From contig CAZWAN010000004.1 in the NCBI GenBank assembly GCA_964631875.1, positions 13,998 to 77,997 on the forward strand: DNA of 64,000 bases. The letters run 5' to 3'. The position numbers and the translations under genes were made by a program. Under the pieces are notes generated by a model. That model did not search any database and was not told the DNA's origin. It saw only the letters and a program-made list of their open reading frames with translations. Positions within the stretch are counted from its first letter, which is position 1. Each line of letters begins with the position of its first letter. Shown in pieces: positions 20,553-29,844 of this stretch. The stretch comes from an uncultured Flavobacteriaceae bacterium. GTDB lineage: Bacteria > Bacteroidota > Bacteroidia > Flavobacteriales > Flavobacteriaceae.

Positions 20553-22241
20553 TTATTGCTTTTTTCCTTTTTTTGACCAATTGTCTTTTAGCGAAACCGT
20601 TCTGTTAAAAATAAGGTGTTTTGCTGTACTTTCGTCATCCACATTAAAATAGCCCAATCTTTGGAACTGAAATTTATCACCGGGTGTAACATTGGCTAAA
20701 CTCGGTTCTACAAAAGCATGATCAAGAATTTTTAGAGAATCAGGGTTCAGGTATGTTTTGAAATCAATTTCTTTGTTAGCGTCCGGGGCTTCGTTGGTAA
20801 AAAGCCTGTCGTACAATCTCACCTCAGCCGGAATGGCATGTTTTATGGAAACCCAGTGAATGGTTGATTTTACTCTTCTCATACTCGCCTCTGAACCGCT
20901 TCCACTTCTGGAATCCTCATCATAGGTACAGTGTACTTCCAAGATTTCCCCATTTTTATCTTTTACAACCTGATTGGCTTTAATGATATAGGCATTTTTT
21001 AAACGAACTTCATGACCCAATTGAAGTCTGTAAAAATTTTTATCTGCTACTTCCAAAAAATCATCTTTCTCTATATAAATTTCACCCGAAAAAGGCAGAT
21101 CCCTAAAACCGGCATCCATGTCTTCAGGATTATTCTCTGCAACCAATAATTCTTCTTTATCTTTGGGATAGTTGGTGATCACAACTTTTAAAGGATCTAA
21201 TACGGCCATCACTCTTGGTGCAGTTTTGTTGAGTTCATTTCTGATCTGAAACTCTAACAGGGCCAAGTCGGTAATATTATCTCTTTTCGCAATTCCCGCA
21301 GTTTCACTGAAACTTCTTATGGACGAAGGTGTATAACCTCTTCTGCGCAAACCCGAAATAGTTGGCATTCTCGGGTCGTCCCAACCATTTACATGGCCTT
21401 CTTCAACCAGTTGCAATAATTTTCTTTTACTCATCACTGTGTAGCTCAAATTTCTTCGGGCAAATTCACGCTGTTTTGGTCGGATCAATTTATCGTCAAC
21501 AACTTGATCTAAAAACCAATCATACAGTTCGCGGTGATGTTTAAATTCTAAAGTACAAATGGAATGTGAGATTTGTTCGATATAATCAGATTCACCATGG
21601 GCCCAGTCGTACATTGGATAAATCTTCCATTTTTCGCCGGTTCTGTGGTGAGGTTTCTTTAATACTCTATAAATGACAGGGTCTCGCATAAGCATATTGG
21701 TAGATGCCATGTCTATTTTTGCCCTTAAAACATGAGATCCTTCTGCAAAATCTCCATTTTTCATTTTCTCAAATAATTCGAGATTTTCTTCGACAGAACG
21801 ATTTCTGTACGGACTTAAAGTTCCAGCTTGAGTAGGTGTACCTTTTTGCTGGGCTATCTGTTCAGATGTTTGATCATCCACATATGCCTTTCCCTTTTTA
21901 ATAAGTTGAATTGCCCAATTATATAATTGATCAAAATAGTCGGAAGCATAGAGTTCTTTATCCCAATGAAAACCCAGCCATTCGATATCTTTTTTGATGG
22001 CATCAACATATTCTTGTTCTTCTTTTGAAGGATTTGTGTCGTCAAATCTGAGGTTTACGGGAGCATCATAACGCAAACCCAATCCGAAATTCAAGCAAAT
22101 AGACGCTGCATGTCCAATATGTAAATAGCCGTTTGGTTCAGGAGGAAATCTAAAACGCAATTTTGAAGGATCGAGCCCTTGCCTTAGATCACCTTCAACA
22201 ATATGTTCAATGAAGTTCAGAGATTTTGTTTCTTCTGTCAT
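20553..22241 (-). CDS. glnS: glutamine--tRNA ligase
   Basis: Class I motifs PEPNGYLHIGHA (HIGH) and VMSKR (KMSKS); 562 aa. Confidence 0.9.
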   Translation of the reverse strand: MTEETKSLNFIEHIVEGDLRQGLDPSKLRFRFPPEPNGYLHIGHAASICLNFGLGLRYDAPVNLRFDDTNPSKEEQEYVDAIKKDIEWLGFHWDKELYASDYFDQLYNWAIQLIKKGKAYVDDQTSEQIAQQKGTPTQAGTLSPYRNRSVEENLELFEKMKNGDFAEGSHVLRAKIDMASTNMLMRDPVIYRVLKKPHHRTGEKWKIYPMYDWAHGESDYIEQISHSICTLEFKHHRELYDWFLDQVVDDKLIRPKQREFARRNLSYTVMSKRKLLQLVEEGHVNGWDDPRMPTISGLRRRGYTPSSIRSFSETAGIAKRDNITDLALLEFQIRNELNKTAPRVMAVLDPLKVVITNYPKDKEELLVAENNPEDMDAGFRDLPFSGEIYIEKDDFLEVADKNFYRLQLGHEVRLKNAYIIKANQVVKDKNGEILEVHCTYDEDSRSGSGSEASMRRVKSTIHWVSIKHAIPAEVRLYDRLFTNEAPDANKEIDFKTYLNPDSLKILDHAFVEPSLANVTPGDKFQFQRLGYFNVDDESTAKHLIFNRTVSLKDNWSKKGKKQ

Positions 22242-22354
22242 TTTTTTTGATATATGAGGAGCAAAATTAAGGAAAAAAATAGGATTAAAAGGAGAAATAC
22301 AACTCCACCTTTTTTAAAGAGATTTTACTGTTTCAAAGAAGAAATTTTATGATT

Positions 22355-23704
22355 TTAGAATCCTAAGATCAATTTGGCAATGGTAAAAAAGATAAAAATT
22401 CCAAAAATATCATTACAAGTAGTAATGAATGGTCCGGTTGCCACTGCCGGATCAATCCCTTTTTTATGCAGTATCAAGGGTACAAAAGTTCCTACGAGTG
22501 ACGCGATAATGATCACGATTACAAGGGAAATACCAATGGTTGAACAAACCTTTATAGGATAATTGAGGAGTAAACCCAGGGAAAAAACAATGACGGCAAG
22601 GAAGATGCCATTTACTAAAGCCAAGCTAATTTCCTTAAACATTCGGTTTAGCAAGGAGCCTCGTAAATTATCTTTTGCAAGTCCTTGTACAATGATGGCT
22701 GAAGATTGTACACCTACATTTCCTGCCATTGCAGCAATCAGCGGTGTAAAAAAGAATAGTTCTGGATAATTTTTTAAGGCTTCGTCAAAACCACCCATGA
22801 TAGAGGCAGCTGCGGTACCGCCAAACAAGCCGAGCACTAACCACGGTAATCGAGCCTTAGTAAGATCTAAAATACTATCGTCAGCTTCAACATCATCAGT
22901 CAAACCGGCCGCCATTTGGTAGTCTTTTTCCGCTTCTTCTTTGATCACATCTACTATGTCATCGATGGTAATTCTGCCAAGTAAGTGATTTTCGGCATCA
23001 ACTACAGGAATCGCTTCCAGGTCGTATTTCTGCATAATGCGGGCCACTTCCTCGGCTTTGTCGTTTACGTTTACATAATCGACTTTAGGAATGGAAATTT
23101 CTGAAATCGTGGCTGTAGCAGGTGCAACCAATAAGTCTTTAAGAGACAAACGTCCTTTTAAAACATTTTTATTGTCAACAACATAAATGGAGTGAACCCT
23201 TGTAACTTCTTGTGCTTGAGACCGCATTTTACGAACGCAATTAGGAACAGTCCAATTTTCATTCACTTTCACCAATTCTTTGGCCATTAAACCACCTGCA
23301 GTATTTTCATCATATTGCAATAACTCCGCAATATCTTTGGCATGTTCATCATCTTCAATATTTGAAAGAACAATATTTTGTCTTTCATTAGGAAGACTAC
23401 TCATTAAATCAGCCGCATCATCGGTATCTAATTCATCAATATGTTCTGCAATTTCTTTTTCAGAAAGTTTTGCAAGAATTCTGGCTCGGTCGTCTTCGTC
23501 AATATCTAACAGCGCTTCGGCTGTTTTTTCAGAATCTAAAAGACGAAAAAGGTAGGTGGCATCGTCGTTCGATAATTCGTCGATGATTTCTGCTATATCA
23601 GCGGTATGTTCTTCCGCAAAAAGATCGATAATGACCTGATCTTCTCTGTTTTCAATGAGAGATTCGAGGTTTTCGATAAATTCATTATTGATCTCGAAGG
23701 GCAT
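22355..23704 (-). CDS. mgtE: magnesium transporter MgtE
   Basis: Acidic N-domain, tandem CBS region, and C-terminal five-TM MgtE domain (GNVGVQSS, PFITTxxD). Confidence 0.9.
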   Translation of the reverse strand: MPFEINNEFIENLESLIENREDQVIIDLFAEEHTADIAEIIDELSNDDATYLFRLLDSEKTAEALLDIDEDDRARILAKLSEKEIAEHIDELDTDDAADLMSSLPNERQNIVLSNIEDDEHAKDIAELLQYDENTAGGLMAKELVKVNENWTVPNCVRKMRSQAQEVTRVHSIYVVDNKNVLKGRLSLKDLLVAPATATISEISIPKVDYVNVNDKAEEVARIMQKYDLEAIPVVDAENHLLGRITIDDIVDVIKEEAEKDYQMAAGLTDDVEADDSILDLTKARLPWLVLGLFGGTAAASIMGGFDEALKNYPELFFFTPLIAAMAGNVGVQSSAIIVQGLAKDNLRGSLLNRMFKEISLALVNGIFLAVIVFSLGLLLNYPIKVCSTIGISLVIVIIIASLVGTFVPLILHKKGIDPAVATGPFITTCNDIFGIFIFFTIAKLILGF

Positions 23705-24470
23705 CTTTTTCCAAGCTTTTTGTTAAGTTGATGAATTCCTGTACAGAAAGTTGTTCAGGACGTCGCGCAAAGATAACATCTTCTTTCAACTTATCGCTCA
23801 GATCAAAAGATTTTAAACTATTTCTCAATGTTTTTCTTCTTTGGTTGAATGCGGTCTTAACCACTTTAAAAAAAAGAGCATCGTCTACACCGAGATCTGT
23901 ATTTTTTTTTCTCGTTAATCGCAAGACACCGGAATCTACCTTAGGCGGTGGTTGAAAAACATGTGGAGGGACTGTGAACAAATATGAGGCATCGTAATAG
24001 GCCTGGGTCAAAACAGATAAGATACCATACACTTTATTTCCCGGTTTAGAGGTAATTCTTTGGGCTACCTCTTTTTGAAACATACCTGAAAATTCAGGAA
24101 TTAACGCTCTGTTTTCTATGGTTTTAAATACGATTTGACTGGAAATGTTATAGGGGAAATTACCGATGATTGCTGTTTGATTTTGATTAAAAAGTTTTGG
24201 AATATCTGCTTTTAAAAAATCCAGATGATAGATTCTGTCGGACAGGTCAGGATAATGTACTTTGAGATAGTCAACAGATTCACGGTCTATTTCAACTACA
24301 CTTATTTCAAATTTTTTGTTGAGTAGGTATTTTGTTAAAACGCCCATTCCAGGGCCAATTTCCATTACTTGTTTATAGCCGGTTCCGTCTAGCGTATTTG
24401 CAATTTTCAAGGCAATATTTTCATCTGTCAGGAAATGTTGACCCAGGTGTTTTTTTGCTCGAACACTCAT
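23685..24470 (-). CDS. rsmA: 16S rRNA (adenine1518/1519-N6)-dimethyltransferase
   Basis: KKHLGQHFL start, SAM-binding [18 protein letters not shown] motif. 20-nt overlap with the mgtE start. Confidence 0.9.
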   Translation of the reverse strand: MSVRAKKHLGQHFLTDENIALKIANTLDGTGYKQVMEIGPGMGVLTKYLLNKKFEISVVEIDRESVDYLKVHYPDLSDRIYHLDFLKADIPKLFNQNQTAIIGNFPYNISSQIVFKTIENRALIPEFSGMFQKEVAQRITSKPGNKVYGILSVLTQAYYDASYLFTVPPHVFQPPPKVDSGVLRLTRKKNTDLGVDDALFFKVVKTAFNQRRKTLRNSLKSFDLSDKLKEDVIFARRPEQLSVQEFINLTKSLEKDALRDQ

Positions 24471-24796
24471 TTTATATTTGTGTTTTCAATTAATTCGATC
24501 ACCTCTAATTCTGTCCTGAAAGAAACGAGTTTTTCGCCAAATTTTTCAAAAACTTCTCGCATCAGTTCAGGAGCGTAATGTTGCAGGTAGTGATCTAATG
24601 TTTTTCTGTCAGGAGATGCATATTGAGTGGAATAAGTAACACCACCCATTTCTTCATCCACTAAAACCTTTGTCAAAAGTGCGTGTTCAAAATCGCCTTT
24701 TTTCACAACTTTTGAAATGTGATCTTCCTTCATCCAAATGAGCCAATCGGCTTCTATATCCTTAGACACATTTGTAGTTACATTGTAAATTATCAT
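24467..24796 (-). CDS. DUF4286 family protein
   Basis: ~109 aa starting MIIYNVT...[13 protein letters not shown], as I recall for the Bacteroidota DUF4286 family. 4-nt overlap with rsmA. Confidence 0.55.
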   Translation of the reverse strand: MIIYNVTTNVSKDIEADWLIWMKEDHISKVVKKGDFEHALLTKVLVDEEMGGVTYSTQYASPDRKTLDHYLQHYAPELMREVFEKFGEKLVSFRTELEVIELIENTNIK

Positions 24797-24800
24797 TGCT

Positions 24801-26582
24801 TTAATTTAGAATATCGCCCCTTAATTTTCTGTATTGCTTTCGTGCATCGACCAAATAAATACTCGAAGGATGGTTGAAAATAATCTTTTCAAAATAAATG
24901 CGCGCCTTATCTTGGTCGTTCAAATCATTTAAATAAAGTTCTGCGAGCTGGAACAAAACTTTGTCGATCATGATACTATCAGGATAGAAGTTTTCGATTT
25001 TTAAATAGTTCTTTTCAGCTTGATCAAATTTTTGCTCTGCGGTAAAAAGTTCAGCCTGAAATTTTAAGGCATCGTCTTCTATTAAGCTTCCTTTGTAATT
25101 CTCTAATAGGTTATCAAGCGTCGCTATGGCTACTTCATTCTTTTGTTGAAAAGAAAAAAGTTGTGCCTTGGCATAAAGTTCGAGAGGAGTTTGAAGAGAA
25201 TCTTTATCTATGTTGTTTAGAATAACTAAATATAGATCTAAAGCATCATTGGCTATAAGTTGTGAAGTAGATGATTTTAAAACAGAAAGTTGGTCTTTAG
25301 CCCATTCAAAATCTCCTTTAAAATAGGAGGTTTGCGCCACTTTATATCTTGCTGTTTGGGCTAAATTACTGTTTTTTAAGTCGTTTTGAACCTGGCTATA
25401 GAGTATCAAGGCTTGGTTAAACTGGTCGCTAAAAACTAAAATATCACCTAATTTTATTTTGATCATTCCCTTTTGCAATTCTGATTGGGCATTTGGAATA
25501 GCCTCTTTTAACAATGTAATGGCCTCATCGGGTCGATTTAGATGAAATGTCAGAAAATCAGCATAGTTGAGTTGTATCGGGATAGTTCTTCCTCCTTTAC
25601 CAAATTGCATGAAAATTTCCTGAAAATTTTTATCGATAGAGCTATAGTCAGAAGGTGTTGATTCCATTATCTGAATGGCAAGCAAATTGTTTTGAATGTT
25701 CAGGATCACTTCCTCACTATTGTCTTGATTCAAGACAAAATCAAAAGCCTTCTTTGCACTTTCATTATCTTTATTTTCCATTGAAATCAAACCTAACTCA
25801 TAGATTTTTGCCAAATTACTCCTGTCCCGTTTAAAAATGGAGATCTCTTGAGTAATGGCTTTGTCATATTCTTTTTGCTGAACAAATAACCAGCTCAACA
25901 AAATATTGTAAGCGTTTTTTGGGTTGTTTTGAGCCCTTAAAAGCAATTGTTTTTTAAAGAGGATATTGTTCTTGTCGTTGGGATCATCCGTGATGTATTG
26001 TGCTAAATAACGTTGTACCGAGTTAATATAATCCTCATCGATATCCACAAAATTTAGGTAGGCAGTAAACATTTTGTCAAATTCACCCTTCTCTCCATAG
26101 ATCTGGGCCTCCTGGATTTCTGTTAATAGTTTCGGATTTTTAATTTTTGCAATTTGATATGATTGAAGAGCATAGTCTAATTTGTGGTTTTCTGAAAACG
26201 AATATCCAATATTATACACTTGATTGGGGCTGATTTCGATGGATTGAATGGCCCTTTGATAATATTTATCAGCTTCTTCTAATTTTCCTTGTAATTCCAG
26301 ATTATAACCTAATTCTATATCTAAATAAGTGAGAATAGGAAACTCTTCTTGTTGTCTTTTTATAATCTTTTCTGCTTCTCCATAATTTCCTAGTTGTTGT
26401 TGACAAGTGATTAGTTTTTTGAAATATTCTCTTTGAATTCTGTTTTTTTCATGTAAGTCTTTATAGAGCATAGCGGCTTGATCATATTCACCTTTCATGT
26501 AAAAACGATAAGCTTGTTCCGGCTTTTGTGCGAAGAGGAAAGTTGAAAAAAACCCCAAGAAAAGAAAAATCTTTAAGCTCAT
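24801..26582 (-). CDS. tetratricopeptide-repeat protein with signal peptide
   Basis: Signal peptide followed by many A/Y/L-periodic TPR-like helices (e.g. YRFYMKGEYDQAAMLYKDL); 593 aa. Confidence 0.65.
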   Translation of the reverse strand: MSLKIFLFLGFFSTFLFAQKPEQAYRFYMKGEYDQAAMLYKDLHEKNRIQREYFKKLITCQQQLGNYGEAEKIIKRQQEEFPILTYLDIELGYNLELQGKLEEADKYYQRAIQSIEISPNQVYNIGYSFSENHKLDYALQSYQIAKIKNPKLLTEIQEAQIYGEKGEFDKMFTAYLNFVDIDEDYINSVQRYLAQYITDDPNDKNNILFKKQLLLRAQNNPKNAYNILLSWLFVQQKEYDKAITQEISIFKRDRSNLAKIYELGLISMENKDNESAKKAFDFVLNQDNSEEVILNIQNNLLAIQIMESTPSDYSSIDKNFQEIFMQFGKGGRTIPIQLNYADFLTFHLNRPDEAITLLKEAIPNAQSELQKGMIKIKLGDILVFSDQFNQALILYSQVQNDLKNSNLAQTARYKVAQTSYFKGDFEWAKDQLSVLKSSTSQLIANDALDLYLVILNNIDKDSLQTPLELYAKAQLFSFQQKNEVAIATLDNLLENYKGSLIEDDALKFQAELFTAEQKFDQAEKNYLKIENFYPDSIMIDKVLFQLAELYLNDLNDQDKARIYFEKIIFNHPSSIYLVDARKQYRKLRGDILN

Positions 26583-26812
26583 TTGGTAAAGGTCGGAAAA
26601 ATTAGAAAAAGAAAAACCAGACGACCCATTTAAAGTTATGGGAAAATAATTATGAATATAGGATTGATTGGTTTAAAAACATATGAAAATAACAAAAAAC
26701 AGAAAGTTTGTTAAAATAAATATAAAATAAATCGAAAAATGTAACGTTATGTTAAATGGGCAGTCTTAAAAGATATACCCAATAACAAAACAACAACCCA
26801 AAAAATAAAGAC

Positions 26813-26947
26813 ATGAACGAACTAATCAAATTTTACGACAAGGCCAAAGAAAGAGCAACTAACCATATGAGAAAAGGCCAATTAAATGCATATTACAAGG
26901 ATTTAACTGAAATGCATTACTACAAAAGATTAATAGAAGCCGCTTAA
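26813..26947 (+). CDS. hypothetical small basic helical protein (44 aa), not in the ORF track
   Basis: ATG..TAA ORF (MNELIKFYDKAKERATNHMRKGQLNAYYKDLTEMHYYKRLIEAA). Its stop lies inside the loop of a hairpin plus T-run terminator. No homologue recognised. Confidence 0.35.
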   Translation: MNELIKFYDKAKERATNHMRKGQLNAYYKDLTEMHYYKRLIEAA

Positions 26948-26962
26948 GGCTTCTATTTTTTT
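26936..26962. terminator. intrinsic terminator, usable from both strands
   Basis: GAAGCC-GCTTAA-GGCTTC stem-loop followed by TATTTTTTTT. Lies between the convergent small ORF and serS. Confidence 0.6.
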
Positions 26963-28236
26963 TAGTCGATCAAATCAAAACCGGTATAAGGGATAAGCAC
27001 TTTCGGTATTTGAATTCCTTTTTCAGTTTGGTAATTTTCCAGAATTCCTGCCAGTACTCTCGGTAGAGCCAATGAGGATCCGTTTAAAGTATGGGCCAAT
27101 TCACTTTTCCCTTCATTGTTTTTAAATCTCAGTTTTAATCTATTTGCCTGAAAAGTTTCGAAATTAGAAACAGAACTGATTTCAAGCCATCTTTCCTGGG
27201 CAGTTGAATAAACTTCAAAGTCATAAGTCAAAGCCGACGTAAATCCCATATCACCGCCACACAACCTCAAAATTCTGAAAGGTAATTTCAGCTCTTGTAA
27301 GATTCCCTTTACATGTTCTACCATATTTTCTAAAGCTTGATAGGAATTTTGGGGATGTTCAACCCTAACAATTTCTACTTTATCGAATTGGTGTAATCGA
27401 TTTAACCCTCTCACATGGGCACCATAAGATCCTGCTTCTCTTCTGAAACAAGGCGTATAAGCTGTTAAACCTATTGGAAGGTCAGATTCTTTTAGCAAAT
27501 CATTTCTAAAAAAATTAGTGAGAGGAACTTCTGCAGTTGGAATTAAGTATAACTGATCGATTCCTACCTCATACATCTGTCCTTCTTTATCAGGTAACTG
27601 TCCGGTTCCAAATCCTGAAGCTTCGTTTACCAATAAAGGTGGTTGTACCTCTGTATAGCCAGCGGCTGTGTTTTTATCCAAAAAATAACTGATCAAAGCT
27701 CTTTGTAATTTGGCTCCTTTTCCTTTGTATACCGGAAAACCTGCACCGGTGATCTTATTACCGAGGTCAAAATCGATGATATCATATTTTTTTGCCAAAT
27801 CCCAATGCGGAACTGCTCCTTTGTGTAATGTTGGAATTTCTCCCTCTTTATAGACCTCCTCATTATCTTCAGGTGTTTTGCCGACCGGAACAATGTCATT
27901 TGGGATATTCGGAATTTGGTAGAGCAATTCATTCAGATCATTTTCTATCTGATTTAAAGCATCGCTCAGGTCTTTTGAAGAGGTCTTTAATTTAGATGTT
28001 TTTTCTTTGAGCAGATTGGCTTTTTGTGTTTCTCCCGACTTAAAGAACCGGCCAATATCCTTCGATATTTTATTGCTTTCGGCTAGAACTTGATCCAATC
28101 TGGTTTGGGTTTCGCGCCTTAAACTATCCTTATCCAATACACGATCGATAATGACGCCGGCATCTTTAAAGTTTCTTTTTGCTAAACCTTTTAAAACAAG
28201 ATCTTTATTTTCTCTGATAAAAGCCAATGTGAGCAT
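26962..28236 (-). CDS. serS: serine--tRNA ligase
   Basis: N-terminal coiled-coil arm and class II core motifs (FRREAGS..., GSSLALPR). Start chosen at MLTLAFIRENK. Confidence 0.9.
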   Translation of the reverse strand: MLTLAFIRENKDLVLKGLAKRNFKDAGVIIDRVLDKDSLRRETQTRLDQVLAESNKISKDIGRFFKSGETQKANLLKEKTSKLKTSSKDLSDALNQIENDLNELLYQIPNIPNDIVPVGKTPEDNEEVYKEGEIPTLHKGAVPHWDLAKKYDIIDFDLGNKITGAGFPVYKGKGAKLQRALISYFLDKNTAAGYTEVQPPLLVNEASGFGTGQLPDKEGQMYEVGIDQLYLIPTAEVPLTNFFRNDLLKESDLPIGLTAYTPCFRREAGSYGAHVRGLNRLHQFDKVEIVRVEHPQNSYQALENMVEHVKGILQELKLPFRILRLCGGDMGFTSALTYDFEVYSTAQERWLEISSVSNFETFQANRLKLRFKNNEGKSELAHTLNGSSLALPRVLAGILENYQTEKGIQIPKVLIPYTGFDLID

Positions 28237-28307
28237 GGGAAATAATTTTGAAATGTGGGGCAAATATAATCAATGAATTGAGACTAATTGAGGGGCATTT
28301 AGAGATT

Positions 28308-29237
28308 TCAACTATTTTTAAACCATTTTCTCGCCAATAATTCATCAGCCGCAATTTGTTTTTTTAAGTCGTCTATGGAATCAAATTTAATTTCGTCGCG
28401 CACACGATGTAAAATGTCAACCCTAAGAAATTTACCGTATAGATCTCCGCTAAAATCTAACAAATAGACTTCAACAGATTGATTTTGGCCATTTAAAGTT
28501 GGTCTGGTTCCAATATTCATTAATCCATTGAGTACCCTACCGTCACAAGAGGTTTTCACTAGATAGACTCCATTTTTCGGAATTAGTTTATAATCTTCCT
28601 CGATTTGTAAATTAAGTGTTGGAAAATTAATTGTTCTGCCAATTCCATGGCCTTTTACGACTTTACCACTGAGCATAAAAGGATATCCTAAATACCGATT
28701 GGCGAGTAATACCTCTCCTTCCAACAGGGCTTTTCTAATTTTAGTAGAACTTACGGCAATATTTTCAATGTCTTGCGAAGGAATCTCCTCTACTTCAAAT
28801 CCATAGACTTTGGAAAGTTCAACAAGTTTATCAAAATCACCGGCTCTATTTTTTCCAAATTTATGGTCATGTCCAATCACGAGTTTCTTCACATTTAATT
28901 CTTCTACCAAGATTTTTTTTACAAAATTTTCGGCCGAAATTTGTGAAAATTTCTCTGTAAAAGGTTCAACTATGAGATGGTCCAGTTTATAGTTGGAAAG
29001 AAGTTCTTTTTTTTCTTCAAATGAATTGAGCATTTGAATTTGGTGGTCTTTACCCAATACTCTTCGTGGATGAGGATAGAAAGTTAGAATGGCACTATTG
29101 AGTGATTCCTTTTTTAATTGGTTTAATCGCTCTATGATTTTTTGATGCCCAATATGAACACCATCAAAAGTGCCAATGGTGAGTACAGTTGGGATGTTTT
29201 TTTTTGAAAAATTTTTAATGCTTTGATGAACTTTCAT
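28308..29237 (-). CDS. ribF: bifunctional riboflavin kinase / FMN adenylyltransferase
   Basis: GTFDGVHIGHQ nucleotidyltransferase motif and C-terminal riboflavin kinase domain (PTLNL...G.RPT); 309 aa. Confidence 0.9.
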   Translation of the reverse strand: MKVHQSIKNFSKKNIPTVLTIGTFDGVHIGHQKIIERLNQLKKESLNSAILTFYPHPRRVLGKDHQIQMLNSFEEKKELLSNYKLDHLIVEPFTEKFSQISAENFVKKILVEELNVKKLVIGHDHKFGKNRAGDFDKLVELSKVYGFEVEEIPSQDIENIAVSSTKIRKALLEGEVLLANRYLGYPFMLSGKVVKGHGIGRTINFPTLNLQIEEDYKLIPKNGVYLVKTSCDGRVLNGLMNIGTRPTLNGQNQSVEVYLLDFSGDLYGKFLRVDILHRVRDEIKFDSIDDLKKQIAADELLARKWFKNS

Positions 29238-29244
29238 AAAATTT

Positions 29245-29766
29245 TTAGGGCAAAATAATCACCTCTTCAATGGTTTTTATTACTTGGGGCAAATTTGTGT
29301 AAAATTCAAGTTTAAGGGATATTTTATTGTTATTTCTCTTTAAACTTAATACTCCTTTTGAAACTTTTTCATAGCCCGATTCACCTTTGCAATAGCACAA
29401 TCTCCCATAAAGCAAATTCACTTTTTGCAAATTTTTGTCTTGCAAAAGTAAACTTATTTCGTTTTTGGGAAATTGGAAGAGTATCATTTCTTTATAATTT
29501 CCATCGGCATAATCAGAATCTTTGGAAAAAGAGTAACTACATAAATAATGATCCCCCTCTATGATTTCAGGATAAATCATACCGAACTCATCTGTTTTTA
29601 TTTGTAACTCTTTGTTTTCTTCTATGGTGATTGTACAAATACCCTCCTCAGGACAGTTTGGGATGACAAGACTTTGGTTTTTATTTTGTTGGTTTTGAGC
29701 CAATTCTTTTTTTGTTTTACAATTGGTTAAACTCAAGGCCAAGAAAAGATAAATTAAAAACTTCAT
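29245..29766 (-). CDS. hypothetical lipoprotein
   Basis: Signal peptide with lipobox LSLTNC; several Cys residues; no family recognised. 7 nt upstream of ribF on the same strand. Confidence 0.5.
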   Translation of the reverse strand: MKFLIYLFLALSLTNCKTKKELAQNQQNKNQSLVIPNCPEEGICTITIEENKELQIKTDEFGMIYPEIIEGDHYLCSYSFSKDSDYADGNYKEMILFQFPKNEISLLLQDKNLQKVNLLYGRLCYCKGESGYEKVSKGVLSLKRNNNKISLKLEFYTNLPQVIKTIEEVIILP

Positions 29767-29820
29767 TATTTTTTTTAGGCAAAGGTAAGGTCTAATTAAA
29801 AGTTTAACCGATTATTTTTT

Positions 29821-29828
29821 TAGATTTG
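29821..29828 (+). promoter_or_regulatory. Bacteroidota-type -7 promoter element
   Basis: Exact TAnnTTTG match (TAGATTTG) ending 16 nt upstream of ATG 29845. Confidence 0.4.
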
Positions 29829-29844
29829 TAGCAGCTGAATTTTT

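Noticed and set aside
22242-22354. Looked for an M-box or other riboswitch associated with mgtE, and for leaders upstream of ribF, purE and the TonB-dependent receptor
   Set aside because: mgtE starts inside the rsmA overlap with no leader. The other upstream gaps are too short (7-120 nt) and show no conserved riboswitch cores that I can recognise.
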